Shown here: positions 26,306-40,085 of the stretch, piece by piece
Layout of the letters: every line of letters starts with the position of its first letter
Numbering within the stretch: the first letter of the stretch is position 1
Assembly (NCBI GenBank): GCA_965113315.1
Contig: OZ220377.1
Origin: Podarcis vaucheri
Taxonomy: Eukaryota
DNA: 64,000 bases
Direction: 5' to 3' (one strand)
The notes under the pieces: generated by a model
What the model saw: the letters and a program-made list of their open reading frames with translations, nothing else
Database searches by the model: none
What the model was told of the DNA's origin: nothing
Program-made: the position numbers and the translations under genes

Positions 26306-27989
26306 TCTTAACCTCCACCTGCAGGCCATAACATAGTATTTGAATTGACCTGGCAAATATGTCTCAACTTCTACAAGATGTGATAGAATTGATTCCCAGA
26401 AAGGAGAACCAAATCACAGAGAGGCTAGAGTCATCTATACAGGGGCTATAGAGTCATCTTGTAGAAGTTGAAAAGTTATTACTAGCCATCATAGAGCACA
26501 ATATGCCATCTCTACGTGTGTTACTATTACACTGAATTTTACACAGTCTGAACTGTGAGGAAAAAGTGAAGCTGAACAGGGAAATACAGTATAAGAGGAG
26601 GATGTCTTGTTCATGGTGTTGTGCAGATTCCCAGTAAAAATTGAGTGAACAAAGTGTTGCTATTCCACAATAAATGCCCAGTTCATGATGGGGGGGGGGG
26701 GACTTAATTCCATTTTTTTTGGAACCCAACATTCTCAGTTATTTCAAACAGTAATCAATATGCATCTTCAAATGCTAACAACTGCTGTACTTGGAGCAGG
26801 TCAGACCTGAAATGTATTAGTGGTTCAGAGGTGTGTGGGTATGACTGCATTAACAGGGGATGTTGCAAAGCAGAATTGAGTGGGAGGGGGAAATAAGAGT
26901 ACAGTAGCAACAGATGTGGCAGGAAATTACACAGAAACATTTGGCACACAATGCATGCAAGCGCTGCTTTGTATTACTGCCTTATTCCTTATTGTATTAC
27001 TACCTTGTTCCTTATGTCTCATTACTGTTAGCTTCCTTAACCTATTTCTGTACTTACTTGCTACCTAATTATTCAACAGCAGTTAAATTATTATTAAACA
27101 GCTGCTGATTTATTTAAAAAAATATTATTTTTTAGATTACCCTATAGCCTAATCAGGAGATTTTAGAAATGTGTCTATTTGCATTATACTTCATTGTAGT
27201 ACAGTACATGTTATCACTTGAAATAGTATCAGAAGCTTATGGCTTTGCCTTTCAGAACATCTAGGTCTGTACCACAATCAGTACTACTTTAGGACTGAAA
27301 AAATGGAGCAAGTACTTTGTGAGGGAACCAAAACACTGGAAACAGACCAATAATACTTTGGTTCTCTAAATTTTTCATTTTTAGAAAATCTTAAATTCAG
27401 TTATCTAATTTCTATACCAATTTGTGATTTGAAAATAACCCTCATTAAAATTCATCAGCATTTTAGTGCAGATTTCTCCCCAAAAACACACCTTTGTACG
27501 CAGTTTTCACATTTTTGCAATCAATATCCCCATAGATAATGATTTCTTGTATCTTGTTATTCTGCTTCCGAGTTCCTCAAACTCAGAACTTGAACCATTA
27601 CCATAACAGGAAAAATTTAAAGCTCTATTGATTAAATCAGTACAGCATTCCAACATGGGTCTGCAGGTTACAAACGGCTAAAGCACAACTAAGCACTGTG
27701 ATATATGGCCAGGCTTAGCTAAGACCCTGGTTCACCATTTGTCATGTGCCCTATACATGCCAGGCATAGAGTAGGACAGGCATAGATATTCACACAGGTT
27801 ACATCAGGACTGGGCAAGCAACTGGGTCCTTCTCCTCCATAGAGGCTGGGCAGGCATGGTTTGCTCACATTGGTGCTGTCGCCGCCACCGCCTTGGAGAT
27901 GGAGATGTAGTCAGCTGGGCTGGAACACTGACAAGATTTATTCCCAGATGCCTTCTCTGAAGGGGAAGGCTCTTCAGTGATAGGGGAAG

Positions 27990-28340
27990 TGTCAGGGACT
28001 GGACAGACAAAGAGGAGTGGTGGAGACAGCCTCCCCAGGAGCCTTCCAGAGAGGAGGAAGGGGCAGATAGTATAGATCTATAGGACTGGTTTGCCACTGG
28101 GCATACTGGAGGAGGAGGAGGAGGAGGAGGAGGAGGAGGAGGAGGAGGAAGGAAGGAAGGAAGGAAGGAAGGAAGGAAGGAAGGAAGGAAGGAAGAAGTT
28201 GGGAAATAATGGGAGAGGAGGAGCAGGAACCACATAGTATGGACAGGCCAAGCCTGAGCAGCAGTTGAATGACACGCTGTCATTGGAGTTTCCCAGAACC
28301 CGTACCCTCCTCCAAAACCAGGCGTTCATTGTAGTTGTAA
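27990..28340 (+). mobile_element. LTR-like remnant containing a GA-rich microsatellite
   Basis: Starts TGTCAGGGACTGG followed by purine-rich gaggagtggtggag..cctcccc. 3' end not identifiable. Confidence 0.4.
28108..28197 (+). repeat. Compound microsatellite (GGA)n(GGAA)n
   Basis: Direct reading of the sequence. Confidence 0.97.
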
Positions 28341-29822
28341 GCTGCCTTATAATGGATCAGACCATTGCTCTGTCTAGCTCAGTATTGCCTACAGTCTACA
28401 CTGATGGGCTGTAGTTCTCCAGGGTCTACATAAAGTCTACTTTGACTACACTGTACATTTGACACATCTTGAATTTTCTCTCACATTAACAGCGTTCATA
28501 TGTGACACACAAAAACATGAGAGATCAAATACACATTTTAGCATCACATATGAAATTCCCCACTGAATTTGCTAGAACTTTGTTGATGAACATATAGAAA
28601 TATGGAAGTGGGCCTTGCAAGGTTTGCAGGCATTTTGCTCATACTGTACCTGCTGTCTGTGTGCCAGCTGATGTGCTTTCTAAAACTGCAGTGACCTTTT
28701 TGCCATTGCAAAGATATTAATTAGCTACTGCCTGAATACCTGTGCACACAATGGTGTCAGGGCTTTAAAAGCAAGCTTTTGTAGCCCTCTTAGTAACCTG
28801 TTGCCCAGATAACAGGTCCAGTGTGATCAGTCTGTCAGTTCCTCTGTGGCACAGTGACAGCACAGCCTGTGATTCAGGGGAACTCTACAATGTGTTGGGC
28901 TGCCATATACAAGGCTATGACACTTTAAATATAAATTAGCAAGCAAACTACAGCTCCCACCAGTACATTTGCCCTCTCCATCATTTCTGCTTAGATTAGA
29001 CACAAAACAATGTGTCAAGTGGGTTTTTTTGAGGGGGAAACAAAGTTAAAGAATGCTAAGTAAACTTGAAGAAACTTCTGTTGCAACAACCAGACAAGAC
29101 TTTGTAGTGAATTATTATATCCTCTGTTTTGTATAAAGCAGCTAAAAATAACATTTATTCTCCTGGTATGAAAGGCTTTTCATCAAAGGTTGTAGCGGTT
29201 ATTTGCCACAGCTAAAATTTCCAGTTGAAAGTAGTCAGACTGCTGTTCCCTAGTTCTGCAACCCCTCAAGGCTAGGAGTGGAGAGATATAACAGAGATAT
29301 AACAGGTTAGGAGTGGCAACCATGAAACCTCATTTACAGGGAAGAACTGACCAATGAGGTGGAAGCAATGGGAACCTTGGGAGGAAGCATAGGCACCAAC
29401 TCCTAGGGGTTCAGCTCCCTTCACACACACCCCAGTAAAATACCATTGCCATTAAAATGGTGTGCATGCATATGGGGCAGGGCTAACACCCCCCACACAC
29501 ACACACACACCAGTATTTAATTCTAGTTGGCATCCCTGGGAGGAAGTGGCCTGCAAACAGTAGGACTGTCCATTTTATTGGTTTTGCTTTCAGCATGTGT
29601 CAGGAGATGAGGACCTCTAGCCCAGAGATCAATTTGCTGGCTTTGTACGAGTTATTTTGGCTTCTGGCTGGTGTGCAACACTCCATCTTTGCCAGCTTCT
29701 GTACCTGCTTTGTTATGTTTGACTAAACAAGGACTATGCAGAATAATGAAACATAAAGGCTGACTGCTTTGTTTCTTGGTGAGGCACAACACTGAGCTGC
29801 AAAATTATTCCTCTCATTTCAG

Positions 29823-29868
29823 GGTGCTGACCTGAAGAAAGGGAATCCAAAAGGCCGTGTATTAACAG
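29823..29868 (+). CDS. PEBP4: PEBP4 internal coding exon (46 nt, phase 0 to 1): GADLKKGNPKGRVLT(D)
   Basis: Acceptor ttcctctcatttcAG at 29821-22 and donor GTaaac at 29869. Peptide matches my recollection of mammalian PEBP4 GADLKKGKIQGQELS, which is also a 46-nt exon. Splices in frame to the 35270 exon (ACA G|AC TAC = T-D-Y). Confidence 0.9.
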
Positions 29869-30476
29869 GTAAACAGAAACTGGACACCTCCTACCAAGAG
29901 TCTTGACATTGAATGGAAAGCAGACTCTGGATTCTATTTTTGTGTAGGCGTTATGGATTCCCATTCATGTATGTGATCTTGGTTGCTTTTAAGTCAAATA
30001 AGGCCACAGCCCTTCTCAGTACAGGAAAATGAATCCCTAGGGCTTTGGATATTGTGACACAGCCACCAGGTCTCTAATCCGTTAAGAAGCAGTCGGGTGG
30101 TTTAAAAAATGTATTTCTTTAGTGCTCTTGCTGACTAGAAAGAAGATAGCTCCCTGAAAGCAGATTAATAAATCCAAGGAACATAAGGATCCTTATTCAC
30201 GAATGAAAAGAATCCAATGGAAACCCACAGAAGGAAGCATTTCACTACCTTGTCTTTTGTTCAGAATCCTTAAAAAAAATTCCAGACAACACAAGACACA
30301 AAACCCACAGCACCTCTCTGGATTCCACTTCTTTCCCTAGACTAGTTAATGATCTTAGACCTGGCACCTGTCCTTTTCCCAATCTGCAGCATGACACTTT
30401 TAAAATAATATTTTATTAAAATAGTTGGTTGCACTTTGGCCAATCAGGCATAAGTATACATACACTTATGCTAATA

Positions 30477-30706
30477 CAGTGGTACCTGGGTTTAAGAACA
30501 GTCCGATTTAAGAACAATTCGGTTTACAAACTCCGCAAAACCGGAAATTTGAGAACTTCACCTCGGTCTAAAAATGGAATCCGAACAGGGGAAGGGCACT
30601 GGCGGCAGGAGGCCTCATTAGGGAAAGCGCACCTCAGTTTATGAATGGTTTTGGTTTAAGAACAGACTTCTGGAATGGATTAAGTTCATTAACCGAGGTA
30701 CCACTG
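30477..30706. mobile_element. Tigger/pogo-like MITE
   Basis: TIRs cagtggtacct / aggtaccactg with TA TSD. Confidence 0.9.
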
Positions 30707-30949
30707 TACCAATATCATAAAGCAAAAGTAAGCATCAAAGTAAGCACATACAGAATACATTATCATGGTAAACTGTTTCATTCTTTATAATAACAGTGTA
30801 AGAATGCCATGGCACAGCCCCTATTGGAGGTGTTGTAGTGCCACATTGCAATCCTGGATTTGCATGAAGACAGGCTGCCCAATAGCAGCAGCCATGGCAT
30901 GGAAACGAGAAGTGTGGAACACTGAAAGGGGAACAGTGGTGGTTTAAAA

Positions 30950-31250
30950 CAGGGGTCGGCAACCTAAGGCCCATGGGCCACAAGCAGCCCATGGGGGTTG
31001 TTTAACCAGCCGCCCCCGAACCAAGCCACTCGCTTGACGAGTCCCCGTGCGCTGCGCTAAACTGGTATGGGAACTCGCTTCCGCAGTGCTGAAAATCACA
31101 CATGCGCAGATGTCAAAAATCATGTCTGTGCAGACGCAGACACCAGAAATTGCGGGCGCACATGCTCAAGCACACACATGCAATCCGGCCCACAGAGGGA
31201 TCTCCACTGGAGTGAACCAGCCCAGGCAAGGTTAACCTTGCTGACCCCTG
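30950..31250. mobile_element. Non-autonomous hAT MITE
   Basis: TIRs caggggtcggcaa / ttgctgacccctg; perfect 8-bp TSD gtttaaaa. Confidence 0.92.
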
Positions 31251-33461
31251 GTTTAAAACAAAGGCAGAAGTTTGAATAGAGCAAGGACAAAAGGAACTGA
31301 GAGGCAAATGGTGGTTTAAAACAACAGAGGTTTGAGTAAAGTGATATGGATAATTACAGGTGGATACAAATGACTTTCTCCAAGATGGGAACCACTTTGC
31401 CCCAGAATTTAAACATTTCCCAGAAACATTTTATTATGGAAGACTACCACCATCACTCACCCCTCTGTGTGCACATACACACCCTGCAAGGCCTTCCACT
31501 GCATCTGTGAGGACCACATGGAGTCTGAGATTAATGTGGCTGCCCCTCTAGAAAGTGTCATGTTCCTACCATACACACAGCTCCTCACCCAGGGTATTTT
31601 GTATTCCTCCTAAAAGTGATTGTTCTCTTTGCCTTTAAATCCTTCCTCTAACCTCCTATTCCATATGGTCTGAGGCTTATCCCCTTAATCCTTATTTCCA
31701 GCTGCAGCTAATGTGCTTTAAGTACATACAACAGCATTTATATCTGCATACCTTCCTAGTCTTGTTTTTCTCTTTGCTGTTTTCCCCAGTGTGTGTGTGC
31801 ATAGCTATATATATCTTAGACTATTTGGTCCTTTGGAATCTGTTTTGCCTGTGTAACTCTGTAAGATGTCATACATACTGATGGTGCTCTGTACAGTAAG
31901 TCATTAATTAATCATTTATCTTTACCTGTTGATCCCACCCCATTCAAGCACCAAAGAAACAGAAGTGGCAAATACAGTATTAACAACGTTACCTCCTTCC
32001 AGTGCAGCAGTGCCACCACTAATGCTTAGACACTTTCCTTAAAATAAAAAAAGTTGTTTGTAGGACTATGCACCACCTTCCCCAAAAACACTGCAGCACA
32101 CATCTTCTTCAAATGCTTTTTTTTAAAAAAAATAATAAAACTGTCAATTGAACTTCTCTACTTTTGATCGCAAGAGAAATTGACCAAAAAAAGACACCAA
32201 TAAGCAAGCTGAAGGCTCCATTTCTATCATGGTACAGTGACTCAATATATGATTGTTTGCAGGAGGATCATTAGAAAGGGGGATGAGGTTGGGATGTGCT
32301 GTGCATCATGATGCAGATATGCCCTTAGGCTGCTATTCTCCTGCACACATTTACCTGGAAGTTAGTCACATTGAACTCAGTGAAACTTACTTCAGAGTAG
32401 ACATGTATAGGTCTGCAGAATTCTCCCTGCCCTACCCATTGCAGTCTCAGGGCACTCCCTGAGGAGATCTCAGCTGAACAACAAAGCTAAGGAATCCTTG
32501 TACACTCAGGCTGGACAGCAGATATTAATCTCTTCTTTATCTAGTACAACAAAATGAAGAGGTGGTAAAAAGTAGTGTGGATAAACCTTTCCATCAGAGA
32601 TGTATCTTGGGCTGGTAGTTGTACCCTCCCATTTCATCATCTCAGAGATGGTTTTTGTAAATTAAAATACTCTGTAGTGAGAAAACCATGGGTAACATAT
32701 CTGCTCATATTATTTACTCTATGCCAGCAGTGACAGCCTGTACACTCTCAGCTCTAATCCCTGTTAATAGCAGCAGCAAATCATGCAGAACATTTGAAAA
32801 ATGTGAACCACCATTTATTTGAGCATTTGTATATGCAATGCTAACAATGGTTTGCACTTAATACAAGTGAAAACCTTACATTAGATAGAATGTTGATTAC
32901 CTAGATTTTTCTTTCATAGACTACTCTGCATCAACAATATAAGCACATGGCACAAATAGCTTGACCTTGCAGCATCTTCCACCAGCTGGAGGGTTTTCAG
33001 GATTGGGCCCAAGCAGGAGTCTTGTTGCCCAAAGAAAACAAAATGGAGAAAGAGCATCAGCTGTGAATTAAATATGTTTTCAATAAATGTGTTCAACCAT
33101 CTGAGATGCTGTTCAAGGAAGATTCCCACCCCCACCCCACCCAAAAAATCATTATACACTCTGGAGGAATTTTAGCCTCTCTGGTCCGGTCCCTTCACAT
33201 CACATCTTCTTTTCCTGAATCCAATCTGAAATGCCCTTCAAGCTAAGATTGGGGTTTTAAACCGGTAGCATCTGCATACATAATAGCTCTGCTTGGTATT
33301 AGGCTCTTTTTCATGACACAGGGGGAGTGGGGAATTGTCAACTCACTAGGGAGGCACTGAAGGTTGATAGCAAGTGATATCCTGGCTCCATTTAAATCTG
33401 AGCTCTCCAGGAATCAAGTGTAGCTTCCATCTGCTGATATAGTACAACCCATGCACTAGAC

Positions 33462-33597
33462 CAGGCATAGGCAAACTCGGCCCTCCAGATGTTTTGAGAC
33501 TACAATTCCCACCATCCCTGACCACTGGTCTTGTTAGCTAGTGATCATGGGAGTTGTAGGCCAAAAACATCTGGAGGGCTGAGTTTGCCTATGCCTG
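33462..33597. mobile_element. Short palindromic hAT MITE
   Basis: Long TIRs caggcataggcaaactc..ccctccagatg; perfect 8-bp TSD cactagac. Confidence 0.92.
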
Positions 33598-33609
33598 CAC
33601 TAGACTCAA

Positions 33610-33960
33610 ACGTATGGAAGTCAAACAGTCTTTCTGCCCTCCTGAGACCACCAAGAAGCCCTCTTCTGATTGTTCGCCCAGGTGGGCACTTAAACTGGAC
33701 CTCTGAAGCAGATTGTAGGGTATGAGCAGAGGTGATCCTTTAAATATCCCATCCCAAATTTCCCATTTAACGCTTTCAAGATCACCACCAATATTTTCAG
33801 TTGGGCTTGGAAACACACGAGTAACCAGTGCAACCGGTATAATATAGGTGTGTTATGTTCTGCCTGCCTGGCACCAACCACTAATCAGGTGGTTGCAACC
33901 CAGTTTCCAAAACTATATTTAAAGGCAGACCCACACAGAGTGCACTCTAGCAGTCCAACA
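33610..33960 (-). mobile_element. Old L2 LINE fragment
   Basis: ORF 33690..33881 HNTPILYRLHWLLV..KALNG..GYLKDHL is the L2 ORF2 C-terminal motif. Confidence 0.75.
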
Positions 33961-35269
33961 TGGGGGGGGGGGAGAATGCGACAGAAAGTGCCTAAAGAAA
34001 AACCTGAGGGAGAAATAGCTGCTTAGGGGAGGGGCTGCAGAATGTTGAACAACATGATAGATTGTGTGCATGGAGTACTGAGAAGCAGACAGTGACTGGA
34101 ATGAGTCTAAATGATCCCTTTAGGGAATGCTTTAAGGCTTGGATGTCATCCTTTGGGAGACAGGTTAAGGGAGGTAAAGAGAGGTGGGGTTTGGAGAGAG
34201 GAACTGATCTGAGCTCCAGTCGCTGGGAAAAGTAGGTAAGGTTAAAGGGAAGTTTTTCTAAAGGGAAAAAGGCAAGAGCACGCTTGTGAGCACATGGCAA
34301 GGAGCCAGGCACCAGAGGAGAGGAGGGAAGTGGGAAGGGTGGGAAAGGTGCTCAGAGCGCACCTATACACACCAGGTGCTCTTCAAGGAGATGTGAGGTT
34401 TACACCACAAATCCCCATCTGCTCTCTTAATCAGAACTGCCCATTTAAAAACCATAACAGGGTTGTAATGATGGCTAAATAGGGCCTCTCTGAATAGGAA
34501 TCAGAGCTTTAGCTGGATAAAATAAAATAATCTAGTCCTAAAGTCTGGTGCAACATTGCAACACAAACAAATTGATATGGAGCAATATAGAGTTAAAAAT
34601 ACAGCCACATGCCTGGGAGGGAAAGGGAAGAAAGAAGGATGTACTCACACATCAATCTTGGTATAGGAATGCGGGAAGGCAGCAATTTCCACTCCAACCT
34701 GTGTGCTTCACAATCAGCGCTGTCCCTGTTTAGCTGCAGTTCGGTTTCTTCAATCTACATTATTTGGCTCATTGTCCACTATTTAACATGAGTTATATAA
34801 CTTAAATAATTATTTAACACACAACTTAGATTCATTTCAATGTAAAGGAAAGTCAAAACAATGTTTAAAAAGTAATTAAGTACATATCTTTTACAGACTT
34901 AAACAACAGCAATGTGAGTGAATGTTGATCTTGTTCACTTGACTAACGTCCATTTCTAACCACAGAGTAACACATGAAAAGCAGCAATTTCCATTTCCTT
35001 TTACATTTTCAACAGAATTCTCCAGTATCCCTAGCTGAATAACAGGTGAACTTGACCAAGAAATCAAGGGAAATTGCAGATGGGAGGAGACTGGGTATAT
35101 AGCTCCTGGAATAAGTAAATAAATAGGATGATTTAAAAGCGCAAGAAAGAAACTTTGGCTGATTTCTATTACAAAGAGGCCATATCTTGGATTGTCAAGG
35201 GGTGGGTGTCTGTTGTTAAGAGAATAAATACAATGCATCCTTTGAACATCATTGTTTTATACCTCATAG

Positions 35270-35386
35270 ACTACCGAAGACCCACACCACCACCCAACAG
35301 TGGTTACCACCGCTACCAGTTCCTCCTCTATGAACAGCCAGGTGACGAAACTATATACCTGAACCCAGAGAAAAGTGCATCTTTAG
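35270..35386 (+). CDS. PEBP4: PEBP4 internal coding exon (117 nt, phase 1 to 1): (D)YRRPTPPPNSGYHRYQFLLYEQPGDETIYLNPEKSASL(G)
   Basis: Acceptor ttttatacctcatAG at 35268-69 and donor GTaagg at 35387. Contains the PEBP-family P-x-PP-xx-SG-x-HRY motif and resembles PEBP4 [22 protein letters not shown]. Lies within track ORF 35155..35415. Confidence 0.93.
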
Positions 35387-35705
35387 GTAAGGGATTATGT
35401 CACTTTATTCCATAAGCAGAAAAGGACATTTGTTCTTTTAGTACATTGCAAAAATAATGCATCAGTGTATTAATTTTCTCCAGTTTGTATCTCTGTCTCT
35501 GTTTTCAGCATGATAAAATGTAATTGTGAATATGTGGAGGTACTTTAGAATGTTTGTAGAGCTAATCAAAAATACCCTAGCAGCGGGCATGGTTGTGTAC
35601 TATGTAAAGGATGCATTTCATGACAGCATGGGAACCAGCTTTTCCTGTTGTTATCACCAGTCTTAATTCTTTGAATTGACGAGGTAGGAATGACCATGAG
35701 ATACT

Positions 35706-35714
35706 CTATCTATC

Positions 35715-35767
<53 letters not shown>
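35706..35767 (+). repeat. (TATC)n microsatellite
   Basis: Direct reading of the sequence. Confidence 0.97.
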
Positions 35768-35768
<1 letters not shown>

Positions 35769-36056
35769 TTTTAATTTCTTTTATAAATAGCTTCCCATGA
35801 AACATCCCAAAGTGATTAGCAATAAAAACATCAATGATTCTCTCTCTGTGTGTGTAATTTCAAATCCGATACAGATATAGACTGCATTAAGAATCTGCAC
35901 TTAAAAGGTTTGTTGAAAAAGGAAAGTTTTCAAAAGGCATTGAAATGATAATTAAGACAGCACTTGTCTGCTATGTAATGGGATGAAGTTCTGAAGAGTA
36001 GGTGCTCTCACAGAAAAGTCCTAATTCCTATGTCATATGGAATGGCCTTACCCTAT

Positions 36057-36422
36057 GGGTAAAAAGTAAAGGACCCCTGGACAGTTAAGTCCAGTCAAAG
36101 GCGACTATGGGGTTGCGGCACTCATCTCGCTTTCAGGCCGAGGCAGCTGGTGTTTTTCCACAAACATGTGGCCAGCATGACTAAACCACTTCTGGCGCAC
36201 TGTGACAGAAGCCAGAGCACATGGAAACGTTGTTTACCTTCCTGCCACAACAGTACCTATTTATCTACTTGCACTTTGATGTGCTTTCGAACTGCTAGGC
36301 AGGCAGGAGCTGGGACCAAGCAACGGGAGCTCACCCTGTTGTGGGGATTTGAACCGCCAACCTTCTGATCGGCAAGCCCAAGAGGCTCAGTGGTTTAGAC
36401 CACAGCGCCACCTGCATCCCTT
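36057..36422 (-). mobile_element. Sauria SINE with internal deletions
   Basis: Homologous to 1710-2067; flanking taccctat duplication. Confidence 0.88.
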
Positions 36423-37354
36423 CCTACCCTATAAAAGGACTGTCACATAGAAGAAGGCAAATCCCTCAATACCAGTTTCTGGGATTTGAGAGTAGAAGAT
36501 GACTTGCACTCAGGTCCTTACAGAGGGCTTCCCATAGGCATATCATTAGTTACTCCCTGGGGGGGGGGGGAGAGACCAGATCAAATGGTCTTAAGTTAGA
36601 GGAGGATAGATTTTGGTTGAATGTTAAGAGTAAGAGTACCTTGTAAATCGAATTGCTTAGAGGAGTGACCATGGGTTAATCTGTGTTGCCCGGTTTAGCT
36701 GCATCCAAGATAGCACGGACATGGGGCAAGAGTCTTCTATGTCACCTTGAGCTCCGTGGAAAAAGTCTGTATCTGTATCTACCTACCTATTAATGTGGAA
36801 TCATAAATGTCACAGACTGATCTCATCACTACAAGAACTGTTGCAACATTTTGACTATAGATCTATCCCAGTTAGAATTCGAAATGGCCGAGGAGGGGAA
36901 AACTGGCTACTTTTCAAAAATAATCATCGTGATAATAATTATCTTGCTTTCAAGCCAGTTGATAGAACAGCGCAGCAGAGGGCAAGGCTGCCTTTTTTCT
37001 CCTCCTCCAAATCTCTTCTTAGAGTGAGAAATACTTGGAAATAAATTGCAGAGAATGATGTACTTTTGAAATGAGCATGACTATGATCTCCAGTGGGGAG
37101 ACGTATGAACCTGGGAAAAGCAACAGGAAGCAACTCTAGTGTTGAAAGAGCAGGTCTTTCCTCAAGGATGGAGCTGCAATGCCAGGGGCAGGGGACCTTC
37201 TTTGCTGCATTTCCTCTTGGCCAGCCCTCTGGGGTTGCACAGTCTTTAAACAATGCTTATCAATAGCACCTCTGCTGACCTTCATCACAGAAGGCCAAGA
37301 CAAAAGTGCAAGTGGCTGGAGTGGATGTGGTCACTATTACAAATGAATGCATGC

Positions 37355-37848
37355 TAGGGGTGGGGAGAGATTTAGTTCAGTTCACATTGAAAGGTGAACC
37401 TAACTAATTCACACTTTCTAAAACAATATGCAAGTCAAATCACAGCTGTCTTCAAAATTTGCATTTCTCTGAATTTTGTACTGCAGTTCTCCACCCAAGC
37501 AATGTGTACAAAAATGCATGTACTAGGGTAAAACATGCATTAAATTGCATTTATTTATTCATTTTATTTCTTACATTTATGTACCGCCTTTCTCCCCAAA
37601 GAGCTCAAGGTTCTTCCCTCCCCGTTTACCCTCACAGCCACCTGGTGAGGTGGGTTGTTAGTGACATAGCATTCAAAAATTAGGGGAAATTGCATACAAA
37701 ATTATGTACATTAGGAGAAATTAACACTAAAACACTCATAAATTGTTGTGAGAGCTTTTGTTTTTTAATGCAAACTGGTTGAAAATGTAGAGAGCTGAAC
37801 AAGAGTGGGAAAATGAGAAACAAAATTTGACAGCCCTGCCCATCCCTA
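37355..37848. mobile_element. Old non-autonomous DNA transposon (TAGGG..CCCTA termini)
   Basis: Termini taggggtggg / cccatcccta; partial homologous copy near 17730-17935. Confidence 0.55.
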
Positions 37849-39200
37849 CACACAGCAAACACACCTATAACCTGCACAATCCTCAACTTTTTGCTGATCA
37901 GTGAGGGGGGAGACGAGAGCAATAATCAAAAGTGGGTGTTTAAACTCCCCTCTTGGATTCCTCTTTCCACTCAGCTGACACAAGTGAGCCCAGGACAAAG
38001 AAGGAGCTGCTCCTTTGAGAACCACTGCTTCAAGGCATGCAGTACACCTCGAGGCAGTGGCTCCTCTCATCTTTTAGTCTTCCCAGCAGGAAAAGTGAGG
38101 GAAGCCCCTGGGAACTGCTGCTTTAAGGTGGGAAGGTGATGGAAGGCTTCGTGAACTTGCTGCTTCAAGTGATAGCTGAAGAGGGATGGAGGCAGAGCGT
38201 TGTTAACAAGGCTTGGATTGCTCTGTCCCCTCTTCCCTTCAGGTAGTGCTTGAAGTGGTGGTAGCTGAAAAAGGTGCTTTTGCAGGCCTATTTGGCTTGC
38301 TGCCAAGAAGGCTGGTGGGCCAGTGCAAGAGGCTTAGCAGGGCACAGCAAGCCATCAGTTTCCCCAATCCTCCTATAATGGAAGCAGAAGCACCCATTGT
38401 GAAACACTTTACCTGAGAAGCACAGAATGTCTGCTGCGTTGTTGTTTTGGTTCGGGTTGGTTTTTTTTTTTTTTTTTGCACTAATTATCCAGCCATTGAC
38501 AGGGTAAGTAATAGTAGCCAGGTTTAAGGTATTACTATTCATATATAAAGCCCTAGACTGCTTGGGGCCAGTTTACTTGAAGGGACGCTTTGCCCCATAT
38601 ATGCCTTCTTGTCCACTTTGAGGAGGGGTCTTAGAGGCTGTGAAACGGAGAACAAGACCTTGCTGGTACATCTAAGAGCTGCAGGAGTTTCATCAGTGAC
38701 ACCTCAGAGCTATTATGCATATCAAGCAATGAGATAAAATCTTGAATAATTAGATTTGGCAATTGAGGTTGCACAAACAGTCTTGAAACAATGCTTATAA
38801 AATAACAGCTCTGCTGAGCAAGGCACGTCTTTGTCACACGGGGACAGCTAGGCTCCTAGAGCAAAACACTGCATTCAGAATTTTTGCACAAGCAGAATTT
38901 CAGGAGGGAGATGAAAGGAATGTGGATGCCTCACCCATGGCGACGTTGCAGCACACGAGAATCCTCAGCCATACATGAAATCTGTTTGTGGAGCCAGAGA
39001 AACAGCAGGTGCAAACTGTAAGAGGCATTAGTCACCTCTACAAGAGTCAAAGTCTGTGCAAGCTGCAAGAAGAGCAACTTTCCAAACAAGGTTGCACTTC
39101 CCTCTCCACCTGTAAACCAAATGCTATTAGGTTACATCCTCTTGTTGGCCTTAGCTAGACTGAAGAGTCCAGCAAGACAGTTCAGAGTTTTGGATATGAT

Positions 39201-39954
39201 TGTTATTGCACTTCAAGGCCCCCAGACCACCCCCCAGGAGAATAAAGAAACAAGGACACAGAATTTAGGCTAATGTTAATGGGCAAAATTTAGGCCACAA
39301 CTTTATTGGTTACAGAATGTGAGCGGTATTGGCTTAGGCATTGGCATCAACAGACTATATCTGCCCATCTTGCAGTAAGTCTGGAAGGGTAAACCACCAG
39401 CAGGGGGAGCCCCGCTGATGCGGATCGACTCGAGCCCCCCCCCCCCCGGGTTCCTGCTGGGGTCGTGGCATGGTCCCTAGCCCCTCGCCAGGCTTTGGAC
39501 AAGATCCACACCCCCGGATTCCTTTAACGGAATACCCTTACGCATGGAGGGGCAGGTGATGGCCGCACCTCCCCTCCCCCACCCATCGCTATTCCAGTGC
39601 CTAACCGCCAAACCTTGCAAAGTTGTGACGATTGCTACGAGGTAGGCAAAAACCAAGTGGCCAGTGCCAATTTGCCAAGTGGAAAAAGTCCTACCAGGCC
39701 CCTCAACGGCAACCAACTGAAGTTTTAGGCCAGCGCCGCCGCCTAAAAAAGGGTGGTGTGAGGCTGAAAGAGGAGCTTCCAGAGTCACACCGTGGTTTAA
39801 ATTAGCCCCGGCCACGCCCCCACAGCGCCCTGGTTGGTCGCCTGGCAAATGGCGTGGCTGAGACCCCCTCAGCGGGACGCTACCCCACACCACGCGGAGG
39901 CAGGGGAGGGACCTGGTCGCCCAAGCGCAACCTGGTCCCACTTGGAAGCGGAAC
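39201..39954 (-). mobile_element. CpG-rich LTR-like element, possibly a DIRS/Ngaro-type terminal repeat
   Basis: Minus strand has a GC-box (ggggcgtggc) and TTTAAA near its 5' end and aataaagttgtggcc near its 3' end. Flanked by tgat(t) on both sides. Sharp GC/CpG contrast with the flanks. Confidence 0.55.
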
Positions 39955-40085
39955 TGATTTGTCAGATCACTTTTTTTGACCTGAAGTAGAATACTACCAG
40001 GACACTTCTGCCTCTGACTTTTGAATAATGGAGAAGAAATCTAAGGTGTCCTCTTCCTTACTTTATTCTGTGTTCCTTTTATGTA

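Noticed and set aside
27804-28329. Poly-Pro and poly-Ser ORFs
   Set aside because: Translation of the (GGA)n(GGAA)n microsatellite.
1-29800. Upstream PEBP4 exon with MVDPDAP...WRHWLV
   Set aside because: Not found by eye; presumably upstream of the window.
37168-37266. Peptide FFAAFPLGQPSGVAQSLNNAYQ* resembling the PEBP4 terminal exon ([22 protein letters not shown])
   Set aside because: No phase-1 acceptor at the expected position, the conserved W is absent in frame and QF is QS. Probably chance; TBLASTN with reptile PEBP4 would settle it. The true last exon was not found in the window.
37900-38480. Overlapping minus-strand ORFs with repeated LKQ motifs and a hydrophobic MGASASIIGG.. stretch
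   Set aside because: Stops in all frames, no recognisable domain and no consistent splice pattern.
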